Positions 48,501 to 58,447 are shown, numbered from the stretch's first letter. The stretch: 64,000 nucleotides of DNA from Thermoplasmatales archaeon (GCA_038734825.1 JAVYOD010000001.1:1382-65381), one strand, 5' to 3'. The notes: a model not told the origin generated them from the letters alone. Made by a program: numbers and translations.

Positions 48501-50476
48501 TAATAGACGCTTGGGGAGGCAGCTCAATATACACAATAAACGAGAAAAAGCAGATTAAAAGATGGGATTATAAGCATGTCATATACGTAGCAGGCGATAG
48601 ACTTGAACTAATAACAGACGACATAGATGGTCTTCCCTGGGTAAAATGGGAATTAAAGGAAATGAACGATATCTTTTCAAGGAAGAAAGTTCTATCAATA
48701 GAGCTTCCACCTGAAAAGATAAGCCTCTTAATAGATGGTATTGAAAGAATTGGAAACCATAGTTTCAAAATTTACAATGCAGACATAAACATAATACAAT
48801 CCTTTATGGTTAAGAATAACCTCCATTTCTTCGGGGAGGGGGAAGATATGGATTTTTCTCTTCCTGACCTTTCAGTTCTAAACATAAATTTTATAGATGG
48901 CCTGAGCGAAATCGAAGTAAATGGTAAATTGTTTACTAATATCTATTCTTCAATTGATCATTTTTTCTCTCTGTTACAGGATTCTAATATAGTAATATCA
49001 GAGAGAGGGGATACATATTTCCCAGAGTTCTTCAGAATAGCTAAGGAATATGGATATTACATAAAAAATTCCATAACTAAAGACAGGACGTTTACATCTT
49101 ATGGCAGGATAAATCATAGGAGAAGTGGTTTCATGATCCACGGAATTCCGCATGTTGACAGTACAACCTCGTTTCTGTTCTCTGAAGGCGGTTTAGAAGG
49201 CCTCGCAACTATAACCAGACTTACATCACTCCCTATTTTTCATACCGCTAGGATTACACCTGGAACGGCTGTTTCCTCATATGAAGTACGTAAAGCGCTC
49301 GAAAAAGGGATAATGATACCACTCTACAAAGATGATCATGAAAGCATAAAGAACATACGTTCTTTTATAGAAGCAGACAGAGGTGGTTTGTATCTACAAC
49401 CTGCCCCAGGGATTTATGAAGATGTAACAGAACTTGATTTCAGTTCAATGTATCCTTCGATCATAGTAAAATACAATCTTTCACCAGAAACTATAAATGA
49501 AGCGTGTAGCAATTATTACACGGTTCAAGACCTTGGGTACAACATATGTATAGATAAGAAGGGAAAACTTCCAGAATTCCTTTCGGATCTGCTAAATCTC
49601 AGATTATATTTCAAAAAAATGAAGGAAAGAAGCGAGATTTATAGGAGGAAGGACGCGGTCCTAAAATGGTTGCTTCTGACATCTTTTGGTTATACGGGTT
49701 ACAAGAATGCAAAGTTCGGGAGGATTGAGGTACACGAAGCCATAACTAGCATAGGTAGAACTATATTAACGGATAGTGTGAGAATAGCGGAGGATGAAGG
49801 ATTCAATGTAATTCACGGCATAGTGGATTCATTATGGTTGCAGGGGCACGGGAATGTTGAAAATGTAATAAAAAGAATAGAGCAGAAAAGCAAATTGAGG
49901 ATTTCACTGGAAGGAAAATACAAATGGATAGTCTTCTTGCCGACAAAAGAAAGTACGGGGGCACTTAACAGATATTTTGGACTGAAGTATAACGGTGAAT
50001 TTAAGGTGAGGGGTATAGAGTTGAGAAGGAGTGATTTCCCTAACATATGCAAGAAAATGCAGCAGGACATCCTTGACATATATTCCAGGGTCGAACACAT
50101 AAGTGATTTTAGAAAGTATTATAATGATGTAAAGCACGTATACGAGGTATATTTGAACAGAATAATAAATGGAGATGTTGACGATTCTGATCTTATGATA
50201 GATATGGTTGCTACAAGATGGCCAGAGTACTACAAAGTCAATAGCATCCGAAAGAGAGCGATAGAGAGTGCTAGGACGGCAAATCCAGGAGATAAGGTCT
50301 CTTTTTTTGTAGTATCTGAAAGAAGCGGTTTTGTCAATATTGAAAATTTAGAAAATAGATACGACAAGGGCTATTATGCCAGAAAACTTCGCACTGCCTG
50401 GGAGACTATATCTTATCCATTCTCCTTCCTACCTATAATATACCAAAAAAACATGATGGAATATGATACAAATTGA
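48497..50476 (+). CDS. family-B DNA polymerase homolog with degenerate exonuclease and motif-C residues (PolB2-like)
   Basis: Motif A DFSSMYPS (aa 314-321), motif-B-like LLTSFGYTGYKNAKF and KVRGIELRRSD. HGIVDS stands where YGDTDS is expected (aa 440-445), and LNINF where ExoI FDIE is expected. Confidence 0.7.
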   Translation: MIIDAWGGSSIYTINEKKQIKRWDYKHVIYVAGDRLELITDDIDGLPWVKWELKEMNDIFSRKKVLSIELPPEKISLLIDGIERIGNHSFKIYNADINIIQSFMVKNNLHFFGEGEDMDFSLPDLSVLNINFIDGLSEIEVNGKLFTNIYSSIDHFFSLLQDSNIVISERGDTYFPEFFRIAKEYGYYIKNSITKDRTFTSYGRINHRRSGFMIHGIPHVDSTTSFLFSEGGLEGLATITRLTSLPIFHTARITPGTAVSSYEVRKALEKGIMIPLYKDDHESIKNIRSFIEADRGGLYLQPAPGIYEDVTELDFSSMYPSIIVKYNLSPETINEACSNYYTVQDLGYNICIDKKGKLPEFLSDLLNLRLYFKKMKERSEIYRRKDAVLKWLLLTSFGYTGYKNAKFGRIEVHEAITSIGRTILTDSVRIAEDEGFNVIHGIVDSLWLQGHGNVENVIKRIEQKSKLRISLEGKYKWIVFLPTKESTGALNRYFGLKYNGEFKVRGIELRRSDFPNICKKMQQDILDIYSRVEHISDFRKYYNDVKHVYEVYLNRIINGDVDDSDLMIDMVATRWPEYYKVNSIRKRAIESARTANPGDKVSFFVVSERSGFVNIENLENRYDKGYYARKLRTAWETISYPFSFLPIIYQKNMMEYDTN

Positions 50477-50750
50477 GACAATTTCCGAAAACGGAAACAC
50501 ATATACTGGCATAAAAATAGACTCCGTCCCAGCACCAATTGTTATAATAACAGGAAAAGTAGGTTTCTTAATGTGTGGATACCTTGACATTCAGGCAGCA
50601 GATAGGCTCGGATCGATTGCAGCTTCATCCACAGGCGTGAATTCAATAGAAGATCTTTTAAACAAGGAAATAGTGAAAGTCAGTTCCAAGGGTAAAGAAG
50701 CAGGAATAAAAGTGGGAATGAAAGGCAGAGAAGCCCTTAAATTCATTTAA
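50463..50750 (+). CDS. DUF1805 (YunC-like) domain protein
   Basis: IVIITGKVGFLMCGYLDIQAADRLG...STGVNSIEDLL...GIKVGMKGREALKF fits the DUF1805 pattern. 14-nt overlap with the PolB-like gene. Confidence 0.55.
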   Translation: MIQIETISENGNTYTGIKIDSVPAPIVIITGKVGFLMCGYLDIQAADRLGSIAASSTGVNSIEDLLNKEIVKVSSKGKEAGIKVGMKGREALKFI

Positions 50751-51172
50751 CGCAATTCGTAAACCTTCAGGTACGAACCCTTTTTCCTAGAGATAATGTC
50801 TGAAACCTCTGATGATACTATTGCAGAACCTACAGGAATTTCGTTTGGATCTTCAATTACGCAGGTTGAACCCTTGACGATATTTCCCTTTATTTCTTTT
50901 ATACCTGCAGAGTAGAGATTTGCGCCGTTTCTTATTCCCCTAAGAGCGCCCTCATCCACAGTAACTCTTGGAAAATTGTTTGAAACCATAAGGGACATCG
51001 TAGGAAGCCACGTGCCTTCGAACTTTATAAGAATAGGCTTCCCGTTATCATATATAATTGAATGGTCATTTTCCTCAATCTCTAGGGATTTTGAATTCGT
51101 AGTCACCCCGAACCTTTCAATTAGTTCCTGGAGCTCACGAGTCTCCCTCTTGGAGAGGAAGTGCCTTTTCAT
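50747..51172 (-). CDS. PUA-domain RNA-binding protein
   Basis: C-terminal VTVDEGALRGIRNGANLYSAGI...GSTCVIEDPNEIPVGSAIV is a PUA-like pattern. Confidence 0.5.
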   Translation of the reverse strand: MKRHFLSKRETRELQELIERFGVTTNSKSLEIEENDHSIIYDNGKPILIKFEGTWLPTMSLMVSNNFPRVTVDEGALRGIRNGANLYSAGIKEIKGNIVKGSTCVIEDPNEIPVGSAIVSSEVSDIISRKKGSYLKVYELR

Positions 51173-51206
51173 AATAGTATATCACTTAGCAATTAATTAT
51201 TGCTTT

Positions 51207-52418
51207 CTATGCGGATATTTCTCCCCTAGATATCATTGAATCCCTTTTTTCACCATTCCCTACGAACACAATCGGTACTTTGAGCTGACTTTCAACAAAT
51301 TCCACATATTTTTCTAGATTTGCAGAGTTTTCTGCCCACGGTTCAAATACCTCGTAATTAACTCTCTCAGGGGGATTTGATGGATCAAATTTGTACACCT
51401 CAGATCCGTTCACCTCGTACGAAACTGCTGCCTTTATTTCCTTTAGCTTTCCAAGAACATCCACCTTAGTCAGAGCGATATAGTCAAGCGCATTTATATC
51501 GACTGCAGCCCTCAACATTGGAATATCCAGGTAACCAACGCGTCTCGGCCTTCCGGTAGTCGAACCGTACTCATTTCCAATTTTCCTTAAATGTTCTGCT
51601 ATAGGTCCAGTTAATTCTGTGGGAAAAATACCCTCGCCAACGCGTGTAGTATAAGCTTTTGCAACACCCAGGAATTTGCTGAAGTACTTTGGAGGTAGAC
51701 CTGTACCTACGGTTACGCCTGGACTTGTAGTATGTGATGATGTCACATAAGGATAGGTACCATAATCTACATCTATGAACGTCCCGTTTGCAGTCTCAAA
51801 TAGGACACCTGATCCCTTTTCGATCTCCTCCTTCAAATAGATACGGGTGTCTGCAACGTATTTACTAACCTTGGAAAAGTCAGAAAGTAGGCTGTTTATG
51901 TAACTCTTCTCGTAGTTCATACCGTATATCTTGCTAAGAAATTCCAGTTTGTCCTCAACAACCTTAGGGTCGAATAGGTCAACAATTCTCATTCCGTACC
52001 TGCCGTACTTGGACTCATAAGCTGGACCTATACCCTTCAAGGTAGTTCCAATTGCCCCTTTTCCTCTTAATTCCTCGAGATATTTATCCCTCTTAAGGTG
52101 AAGATCAGTTACAATATGGGCTAGATGTGATATCCTGAGATCAAATTTTCCCCTGTACTTACTGAGAAATTCTATTTCCTCCACCAATCTGCGGAGGTTT
52201 ACCACAACACCGTTTGCTATAACTGATGTCCTGGACCTAAGAAAACCAGCAGGAACAAGATGAAACTTTATGGTGTTCCCATCAACTACAACAGTGTGAC
52301 CAGCGTTCTCTCCGCCATTGAATCTGACCGTTATATCATAATTTTCTGATAAAAAATCTATAACTTTCCCCTTACCTTCGTCACCGAATTGACAGCCGAC
52401 AACAGTAAGTGTATTCAT
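51207..52418 (-). CDS. purA: adenylosuccinate synthetase
   Basis: GCQFGDEGKGK, GTTLKGIGPAYE, TTGRPRR and TKVDVL motifs. Confidence 0.9.
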   Translation of the reverse strand: MNTLTVVGCQFGDEGKGKVIDFLSENYDITVRFNGGENAGHTVVVDGNTIKFHLVPAGFLRSRTSVIANGVVVNLRRLVEEIEFLSKYRGKFDLRISHLAHIVTDLHLKRDKYLEELRGKGAIGTTLKGIGPAYESKYGRYGMRIVDLFDPKVVEDKLEFLSKIYGMNYEKSYINSLLSDFSKVSKYVADTRIYLKEEIEKGSGVLFETANGTFIDVDYGTYPYVTSSHTTSPGVTVGTGLPPKYFSKFLGVAKAYTTRVGEGIFPTELTGPIAEHLRKIGNEYGSTTGRPRRVGYLDIPMLRAAVDINALDYIALTKVDVLGKLKEIKAAVSYEVNGSEVYKFDPSNPPERVNYEVFEPWAENSANLEKYVEFVESQLKVPIVFVGNGEKRDSMISRGEISA

Positions 52419-52525
52419 TGCCTTTTTACCATATTTCTATTCACATAATAACCTTTCACCGTAATGCCTATTCTTGTATAATAGAATAAGCACAAAATGT
52501 TTCTATCATAATTGGATCGGTAAGA

Positions 52526-53110
52526 GTGACGGATAAAGACAAATGGACTCCAGCGCACCACTTTTATCATGGGCAATTCAACAGAGGCGACCCCACCAAT
52601 ATCATCCAAAGTCTCGGTATCAAGAAAGGAATGAAAGTTGCGGATCTAGGTAGTGGCGTTGGTTTCTATTCTATTCCAATATCTAAGGAAGTTGGCGCGA
52701 CAGGTAAGGTCTTTGCAACTGATATAGACTTCGATTCGCTCAAAGAAGTTAGAAAGAAAGCAATGGAAACTGGGTATCAGAACATAAATGTATTGAGATG
52801 TAGTATCGAACGACTTCCCTTCAAGGAAAATCAGATGGACGTCGTTTTTATGGCAAATGTATTTCACGACATTGAAGATAAAAAATCTCTTCTCTCTGAG
52901 ATAGGGAGGATAATTAAACCGGAAGGTTTTGCGGTAGATTTGGACTGGTCAGATGTCCCAACTGAGCATGGCCCTCCATTGCATATGAGGATAAATGAGA
53001 CCAGTGCGGTTAAAATATTTGAAAGTTCTGGATTTAAGCTAATTAAATCAATGCACGAGAAATATCATTACATTCTAATTTTTACCGTGGACCATAAGAA
53101 TATTTCTTAG
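52526..53110 (+). CDS. class I SAM-dependent methyltransferase
   Basis: Motif I VADLGSGVGFYS and post-I ATDID. GTG start. Confidence 0.7.
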   Translation: MTDKDKWTPAHHFYHGQFNRGDPTNIIQSLGIKKGMKVADLGSGVGFYSIPISKEVGATGKVFATDIDFDSLKEVRKKAMETGYQNINVLRCSIERLPFKENQMDVVFMANVFHDIEDKKSLLSEIGRIIKPEGFAVDLDWSDVPTEHGPPLHMRINETSAVKIFESSGFKLIKSMHEKYHYILIFTVDHKNIS

Positions 53111-53156
53111 TGTCAGGAGTACATAACCTTATTACATTATTTGTCGTTATGCTATT

Positions 53157-53540
53157 ATGCTATTCGTAGAGAGAGAATTCGACGGAAACTTTTCAGAATT
53201 GATGGATAGCCTTCTTTTCCATCTTAAGAACAATGGATACGTAGCAGTTGCCGACGTTGACGTCAAAGGTATTTTGAAAAAGACGATGAACTTCGATTTT
53301 AAGGAGTACCATATTTTAGAAATATGCAAACCTCAGGCTGCAAAGGACCTTATAGGCGGGGACGACAATAACGGTCTATTTCTGCCATGCAAAATGGTCG
53401 CCTATGAATCAGAAACGAAAATAAAGGTTCGCATTTTGCTTCCTTCTGAATTAACAGAAAGATTTAACTTAGGTACCCCAGACAGGATCAAGAAATACGA
53501 AAGTGAACTAATAGAGATATTCAACTCTTTTATGCCATGA
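53157..53540 (+). CDS. DUF302 domain protein
   Basis: YHILEICKPQAAKDLI...LFLPCKMVAYE is the typical DUF302 core. Confidence 0.55.
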   Translation: MLFVEREFDGNFSELMDSLLFHLKNNGYVAVADVDVKGILKKTMNFDFKEYHILEICKPQAAKDLIGGDDNNGLFLPCKMVAYESETKIKVRILLPSELTERFNLGTPDRIKKYESELIEIFNSFMP

Positions 53541-53620
53541 TCAGCTAAATATGGCCTCATACTTTTCGATCATTGAAAAAACTACATCACAATTAAATCA
53601 AGTTTTGAAATAACATTCAC

Positions 53621-53983
53621 ATGGACGCATTTGAAAGACTTAAAGAAATTCAAAGCCTCTTCGACGACATAATGAAGCAAAAGAGTGATGTCGGAAAGGA
53701 TTACTCGCAGCTAGTGGATCGCATAATCAGTAGTGGTTCAATACCCCAAAAATACAAGGAATTAATATTCGTCGCACTCTCATTGGCCAAGAAATGCGAA
53801 TGGTGCCTCTCATACCATCTGAGGAAAGCTGTAGAATCCGGAGTTACATACGATGAACTTATTGAGGTAGCCTTCATATCATTTCTGATGGATGGAACTC
53901 CGTCACTTATGGAATCAATAAAGATGAAGGATTTCTATTCTGACCTCGTTAATGCAGGTGATATTAAAAGGCGTGATGATTGA
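53621..53983 (+). CDS. carboxymuconolactone decarboxylase / AhpD-like family protein
   Basis: KELIFVALSLAKKCEWCLSYHL contains the AhpD-type CxxC-H motif. Confidence 0.6.
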   Translation: MDAFERLKEIQSLFDDIMKQKSDVGKDYSQLVDRIISSGSIPQKYKELIFVALSLAKKCEWCLSYHLRKAVESGVTYDELIEVAFISFLMDGTPSLMESIKMKDFYSDLVNAGDIKRRDD

Positions 53984-54024
53984 TACCAATTGGTATATAT
54001 GCCAAGGCGCACTCTTAAGAAACA

Positions 54025-55551
54025 ATGACCTTGGCTGATCGGATTAAAGGATTTCAAATTGCTCTGAGATTTTATCCTCGTGCAAGGTATCTTAGGTATT
54101 ACCAGAGGTATCTAGAAAGGACGGGTAATCCACCCTCTCCGGAGAAGACCCGGATTGAAGCATTGAAGTTGCGCGATGCGATGATAAAATCAGGCCCCCT
54201 TTTCATAAAAATGGGTCAGCTACTTTCATCAAGGAGGGACGTCATACCTGAGGAGTATATACAAGCATTAACAGATCTTCAGGATCAGGTTCCCTTACCA
54301 GATTTTGCCCCTGTTAAGAAACTTCTAGAGAAGGAACTAGGTAAACTTGAAGATGTGTTTGAGAGCTTCGATTCCGCTGGAATTTCAGGTGCCAGCCTGG
54401 GTCTCGTTTACAAAGCCAAATACAAGGGAAAGGATGTGGCCGTAAAGGTCAACAGGCCAGGTATCGAAGAAACCATAAGGAGGGACAAACCTAGAATCGA
54501 AGCGTTCGTCAAGCTGCTTGAGAGATATCTCCTGAAGTCATTTTCTCTCTCGACGTTCACTCAGGAGTTTCTTGCAAGTCTTGAACTTGAACTTGATTAT
54601 AAAAGGGAGGCTGAGTCTATAGAAATTATTGGACGCAAGATAGACGATCTCGATCTTGGAATGGAGATAGTGATACCGAAGGTATACAAGGAGATCTCTA
54701 CCTCAAAAGTTCTCGTTATGGAATACCTGGATTACATAAAAATAAGCGATGTTGATGAACTCAAAAGAAATGGTGCTGATACTAGAAGATTAGCAGAGGT
54801 TATAGACAAGCTCTTCCTCAGACTTGCCTTGAGGGCAGGAAGGTTCCACGCTGACCCGCACCCTGGAAACATCGGCTGGAGGAAGGACAATAAACTTGTC
54901 CTAATGGATTTTGGTATGACATCAGAACTAAGCGAAGAACTCAGAGATAAACTTCTGATGGGTTATTATTATCTGGCGACATTCAACGCAAGAAATCTCC
55001 TTCGTGTACTCGTAGATCTCGACTTGATTGATCCCGCTGCAGACAAGCTTTTCATGGAACAGCTTTTGACTACTGTTTTCAAGGATTTGGAAGGTAAGGA
55101 GGTAACAAGCTTTGAATATAGCGAGCTTATGCACCGCGCGAATGTCATACTCTTCCGGTTCCCATTCAGGCTACCTTACAATCTGGCTCTTTTCGCTAGG
55201 ATGTCCGTAATACTGGAGGGAGTATGCAAAACACTTGATCCGAACTTTAAATTCATAAGCGTTGTGGCAGAAATTATGGACGAAGAGAAGGCTTCTTTTA
55301 AAGTAATTAAGACTAGGATCCTTAATTTCCCAAGACGAATAGAAAGGGCAATAGAAGATTTTATGAGTATTCCAGAATTAGTTAGAAATGTAAATAGGGC
55401 TTTGTATCAGAGAAGACAAAGAAATTATTCTTCTGCTATATTATCTGCAGGATTGTTTGTTACTGGCTCTTTACTCATATTTAAGTTATATATCGCGATA
55501 CCTTTCTTCGTTGTTGGTGCTATTCTTGCCTTTTTCGCCTTGAGGAGCTAG
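54025..55551 (+). CDS. ABC1/UbiB-family atypical kinase
   Basis: GPLFIKMGQLLSSRRDVIPEEY, ASLGLVYKA..KG..VAVKV, FHADPHPGN and DFGM motifs, plus a C-terminal TM. Confidence 0.8.
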   Translation: MTLADRIKGFQIALRFYPRARYLRYYQRYLERTGNPPSPEKTRIEALKLRDAMIKSGPLFIKMGQLLSSRRDVIPEEYIQALTDLQDQVPLPDFAPVKKLLEKELGKLEDVFESFDSAGISGASLGLVYKAKYKGKDVAVKVNRPGIEETIRRDKPRIEAFVKLLERYLLKSFSLSTFTQEFLASLELELDYKREAESIEIIGRKIDDLDLGMEIVIPKVYKEISTSKVLVMEYLDYIKISDVDELKRNGADTRRLAEVIDKLFLRLALRAGRFHADPHPGNIGWRKDNKLVLMDFGMTSELSEELRDKLLMGYYYLATFNARNLLRVLVDLDLIDPAADKLFMEQLLTTVFKDLEGKEVTSFEYSELMHRANVILFRFPFRLPYNLALFARMSVILEGVCKTLDPNFKFISVVAEIMDEEKASFKVIKTRILNFPRRIERAIEDFMSIPELVRNVNRALYQRRQRNYSSAILSAGLFVTGSLLIFKLYIAIPFFVVGAILAFFALRS

Positions 55552-55913
55552 GTAATAGGAACAGATTTAACTTCCTTGCGTGTTACTTGAATCTCCAGCA
55601 CTCCATTGTTCATAGAAGCTTTTACTGAATCAGAATCAAATTCGCCTGGTATCCTTATGAATTTCGAGAATTCATCAACCCTCTCTTCGTACAAAATCTT
55701 TCCCTTGAGCTCCTTCTTCCTTGTACCTGACACCTTCAGCCCGTTTTTTGTGCTCAGGATCTTTATATCCTCTTTCGAAAATCCAGGCAAATCTAGGTAT
55801 ATGAATACGTGTTCACCTTCTTCCGTGATATCAATAGGTGGATAGAAAACTTCTGATATTGTCTTAATCTTTTGACCTGCCTTTTTCATGACACCTTCTA
55901 TCCCGATTTCCAT
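55548..55913 (-). CDS. hsp20: Hsp20/alpha-crystallin small heat-shock protein
   Basis: PPIDITEEGEHVFIYLDLPGFSKEDIKI...F.R.I.LP...D...A...NGVLEI. Start set at the ATG at 55913. Confidence 0.8.
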   Translation of the reverse strand: MEIGIEGVMKKAGQKIKTISEVFYPPIDITEEGEHVFIYLDLPGFSKEDIKILSTKNGLKVSGTRKKELKGKILYEERVDEFSKFIRIPGEFDSDSVKASMNNGVLEIQVTRKEVKSVPIT

Positions 55914-55968
55914 ATTCAATAAGATTTTATAAAGATTTAAGATTTTTGTCTATTTCCCTCTACACATT

Positions 55969-57294
55969 TTATGAAATAATGTCCATAATTTCCTTTTCCT
56001 TAGCCGCAATCCAGCGATCGTCAAGAGAGCTTATAAAGAGTCTAATAGCTGGCTCTGTTCCTGACTTCCTTATAAGTATAAAACTATCGCCGTCTACCAA
56101 TCTCAAACCGTCAATTTCATCTTTCTTCATATAGCCGAAGTGGGACTTAAGCTTCTCCTTCAAAGAGTCAAAATCCACTCTGTTCGTTATTTTTATTCTT
56201 TTGAGCTTGTAGTCAGGGAGTTGCCCTATCAAGTCTGAAAGCTTCTGTTCTGTATCCGATAGCAAGTCGAGAACGAGAGCAAGTGCAAGGCCCCCATCCC
56301 CAGAGTTTAGATGTTCCGGCAAAACTACTTTCCCGTTCTCCTCGCCCCCCATTACCGCTTTGTATTTTTTAAGAGCTTCAGAAATAACGGGTGTTCCTAC
56401 CGGAGTTCTTATGACCTTAACGCCGTGCTTCTCCGCTATTCTTTCGATTAGAAAACTTGAGGCAACAGGGAAAACAAGATCGCCTTTCCGTGATGAAAGT
56501 ATATGATCAGCTATGAGGGCAACAAGTTTGTCACCATCAACTGGATTTCCCTTCTCGTCGAGAAAGAAGGCCCTGTCACCATCTCCATCGTGGGCGACTG
56601 AAAGATCAAATTCACCTGCCTTCGCTGCATTTATCATGTCTGCCACGCTTTCAGTAGTCGGTTCCGAGTTTCTCCCTGGAAACATGCCGTCAAGGTTGGA
56701 GTTAAGGCTAACATACCTAACTCCCATCCTATTCAAAATAGCTGGAGTAGAAAGCGACGTTGTAGAGTTCGCGCAGTCAACCATTACACGGAATCTTTTT
56801 GATCTTACCTTATTTGGCTTCACATTTTTTAGTACCGCGTCTACATATGGCCTTATGGGATCATCTTTCCTAGTTTTACCGACGAAGTCCCAGGTTGTCT
56901 TATAATAGCTTTCTTGCGTAATAATCTTCTCAATTTCCTCTTCCTCACTTCGACCAGGATTCGAACCGTCGTACGAAATTACCTTTAGCCCATTAAATTC
57001 CGGAGGATTGTGGGAGGCCGTAATCATAACGCCGGGGATCCCATTAAACTTGCAGTAAATCTGCGCTGCTGGTGCTGGCGCTATCCCTAGATCGACAACG
57101 TTCTTGCCGGAATTCAAGATGCCTGCCATAACCATGTTTTTAAAAATATCGGATGTTGTTCTGTTGTCATACGCAACGGCGATTTCTTCTCGATCGTAGT
57201 AAGTTGCAACGGCCATACCAAATTTGAATGCTAGTTCTGGTTCTAACGTTTCATTAATTATCCCCCTTATACCGTTAGTTCCAAATAGAGGCAT
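55969..57294 (-). CDS. glmM: phosphoglucosamine mutase / phosphomannomutase family
   Basis: Active-site TASHNPPEFNG, metal loop DGDGDR and GGEENG. 441 aa. Confidence 0.85.
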   Translation of the reverse strand: MPLFGTNGIRGIINETLEPELAFKFGMAVATYYDREEIAVAYDNRTTSDIFKNMVMAGILNSGKNVVDLGIAPAPAAQIYCKFNGIPGVMITASHNPPEFNGLKVISYDGSNPGRSEEEEIEKIITQESYYKTTWDFVGKTRKDDPIRPYVDAVLKNVKPNKVRSKRFRVMVDCANSTTSLSTPAILNRMGVRYVSLNSNLDGMFPGRNSEPTTESVADMINAAKAGEFDLSVAHDGDGDRAFFLDEKGNPVDGDKLVALIADHILSSRKGDLVFPVASSFLIERIAEKHGVKVIRTPVGTPVISEALKKYKAVMGGEENGKVVLPEHLNSGDGGLALALVLDLLSDTEQKLSDLIGQLPDYKLKRIKITNRVDFDSLKEKLKSHFGYMKKDEIDGLRLVDGDSFILIRKSGTEPAIRLFISSLDDRWIAAKEKEIMDIIS

Positions 57295-57341
57295 ATTTAG
57301 CTAATGAAGGGCCATAAAAATATTTTGCGTGAATTTTTATT

Positions 57342-58406
57342 CTAGAGGATTATTCTTTCGCTTTTTGTATCGTTCCTGTTATGTACTTCCGAGATATTCA
57401 GGGTTCCATTCGTGATACTAAAGTAATCTCTCACAAGGTTTTCAGAAATCTTTGCCCTCGCAGGGGAGTCAGCTAACACTATGACTGAACCTGAATATTC
57501 GCTCACCGTGAACACGTAGTTCCTTATTGAGTATTTTTCGAGAAGCGACGCAACATTTCTCTGAAAGCTGGAAATAACACCTAGATTATAAGCAATCGAT
57601 TGAGAATATTTTGACCAGGCCCAGACAAATCGATCGGTGTCATCCTTCAGCAACGCGTCTATTATATTTTCTACCATCTCCTGCTCTGTTGAAAAGTGGT
57701 TGAAAAAATTAAGAAATGGATAAGAAAGTGAAGATGTCTTTTGATTTAACATCCCTAAGCGCCTAAATTTTTCCATATTCCTTTGAAAGGTCCGGTAATT
57801 TTCATTTTCTTCAAGGGAATTACTAGATATAACTACCAAGCTGTAAGGTTCAAGCTTTACGGGTTCATTCCTGAATGTTTTATTCTTTTCATCATATATG
57901 AGAACATTACCATCCCTGCCGTTAATTCTAGTAAGCGTTTCAGCCGGAATATAAAATCCCCTCGTAATTTCTTGGACTTCCCTGCTTAACTCAACAATTT
58001 CCGCTGCGCCTAGATTTACATTGTTGACAAGTGAAAAAGCCCGGATTAATACGTCTATGAAGGCGGAGTAGTAAGCTAATCCCATGTGGAATTTCAAATC
58101 CTCTTCAGCAAGAACGTATGGCGGGGTTTGCCATCCCCTTTGGATTGAGATATTAGTTAAAATCTTTATAGGGTCAAACCAATCATTTGTGGTCTTGGAA
58201 ATTTGATAAGGTATTATTACTTCATTCGTTCCCTTCCAGTGCACAACGCTGTCTGCTCTCGTGAGAATGTGTAGGGAAAGTGAAATTGGCATTGAAATAG
58301 AATAGCCTAGATTTGACAGCTCTGGGGAGCCTGCTACATTAATAATTCCGGAAGCGGATATTTCATATCCCCCTACAAACGCATTAACAGTTTCTGGTTC
58401 AAACAC
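57342..58406 (-). CDS. hypothetical protein (354 aa)
   Basis: Long uninterrupted ORF. Only a weak resemblance of HMGLAYYSAFIDVLIRAF to the GHMP-kinase motif II position. No family assigned. Confidence 0.4.
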   Translation of the reverse strand: MFEPETVNAFVGGYEISASGIINVAGSPELSNLGYSISMPISLSLHILTRADSVVHWKGTNEVIIPYQISKTTNDWFDPIKILTNISIQRGWQTPPYVLAEEDLKFHMGLAYYSAFIDVLIRAFSLVNNVNLGAAEIVELSREVQEITRGFYIPAETLTRINGRDGNVLIYDEKNKTFRNEPVKLEPYSLVVISSNSLEENENYRTFQRNMEKFRRLGMLNQKTSSLSYPFLNFFNHFSTEQEMVENIIDALLKDDTDRFVWAWSKYSQSIAYNLGVISSFQRNVASLLEKYSIRNYVFTVSEYSGSVIVLADSPARAKISENLVRDYFSITNGTLNISEVHNRNDTKSERIIL

Positions 58407-58447
58407 TCATCAGCAAATATTTTAAACATAAAAGGTTTCTTTAGGCC

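Noticed and set aside
55921-55945. Three AAGATTT copies (55921, 55932, 55939) upstream of hsp20, as a heat-shock operator.
   Set aside because: They overlap the AT-rich BRE/TATA region, are short and irregularly spaced (11 and 7 nt), and do not resemble the known archaeal Phr site. This is probably promoter composition.
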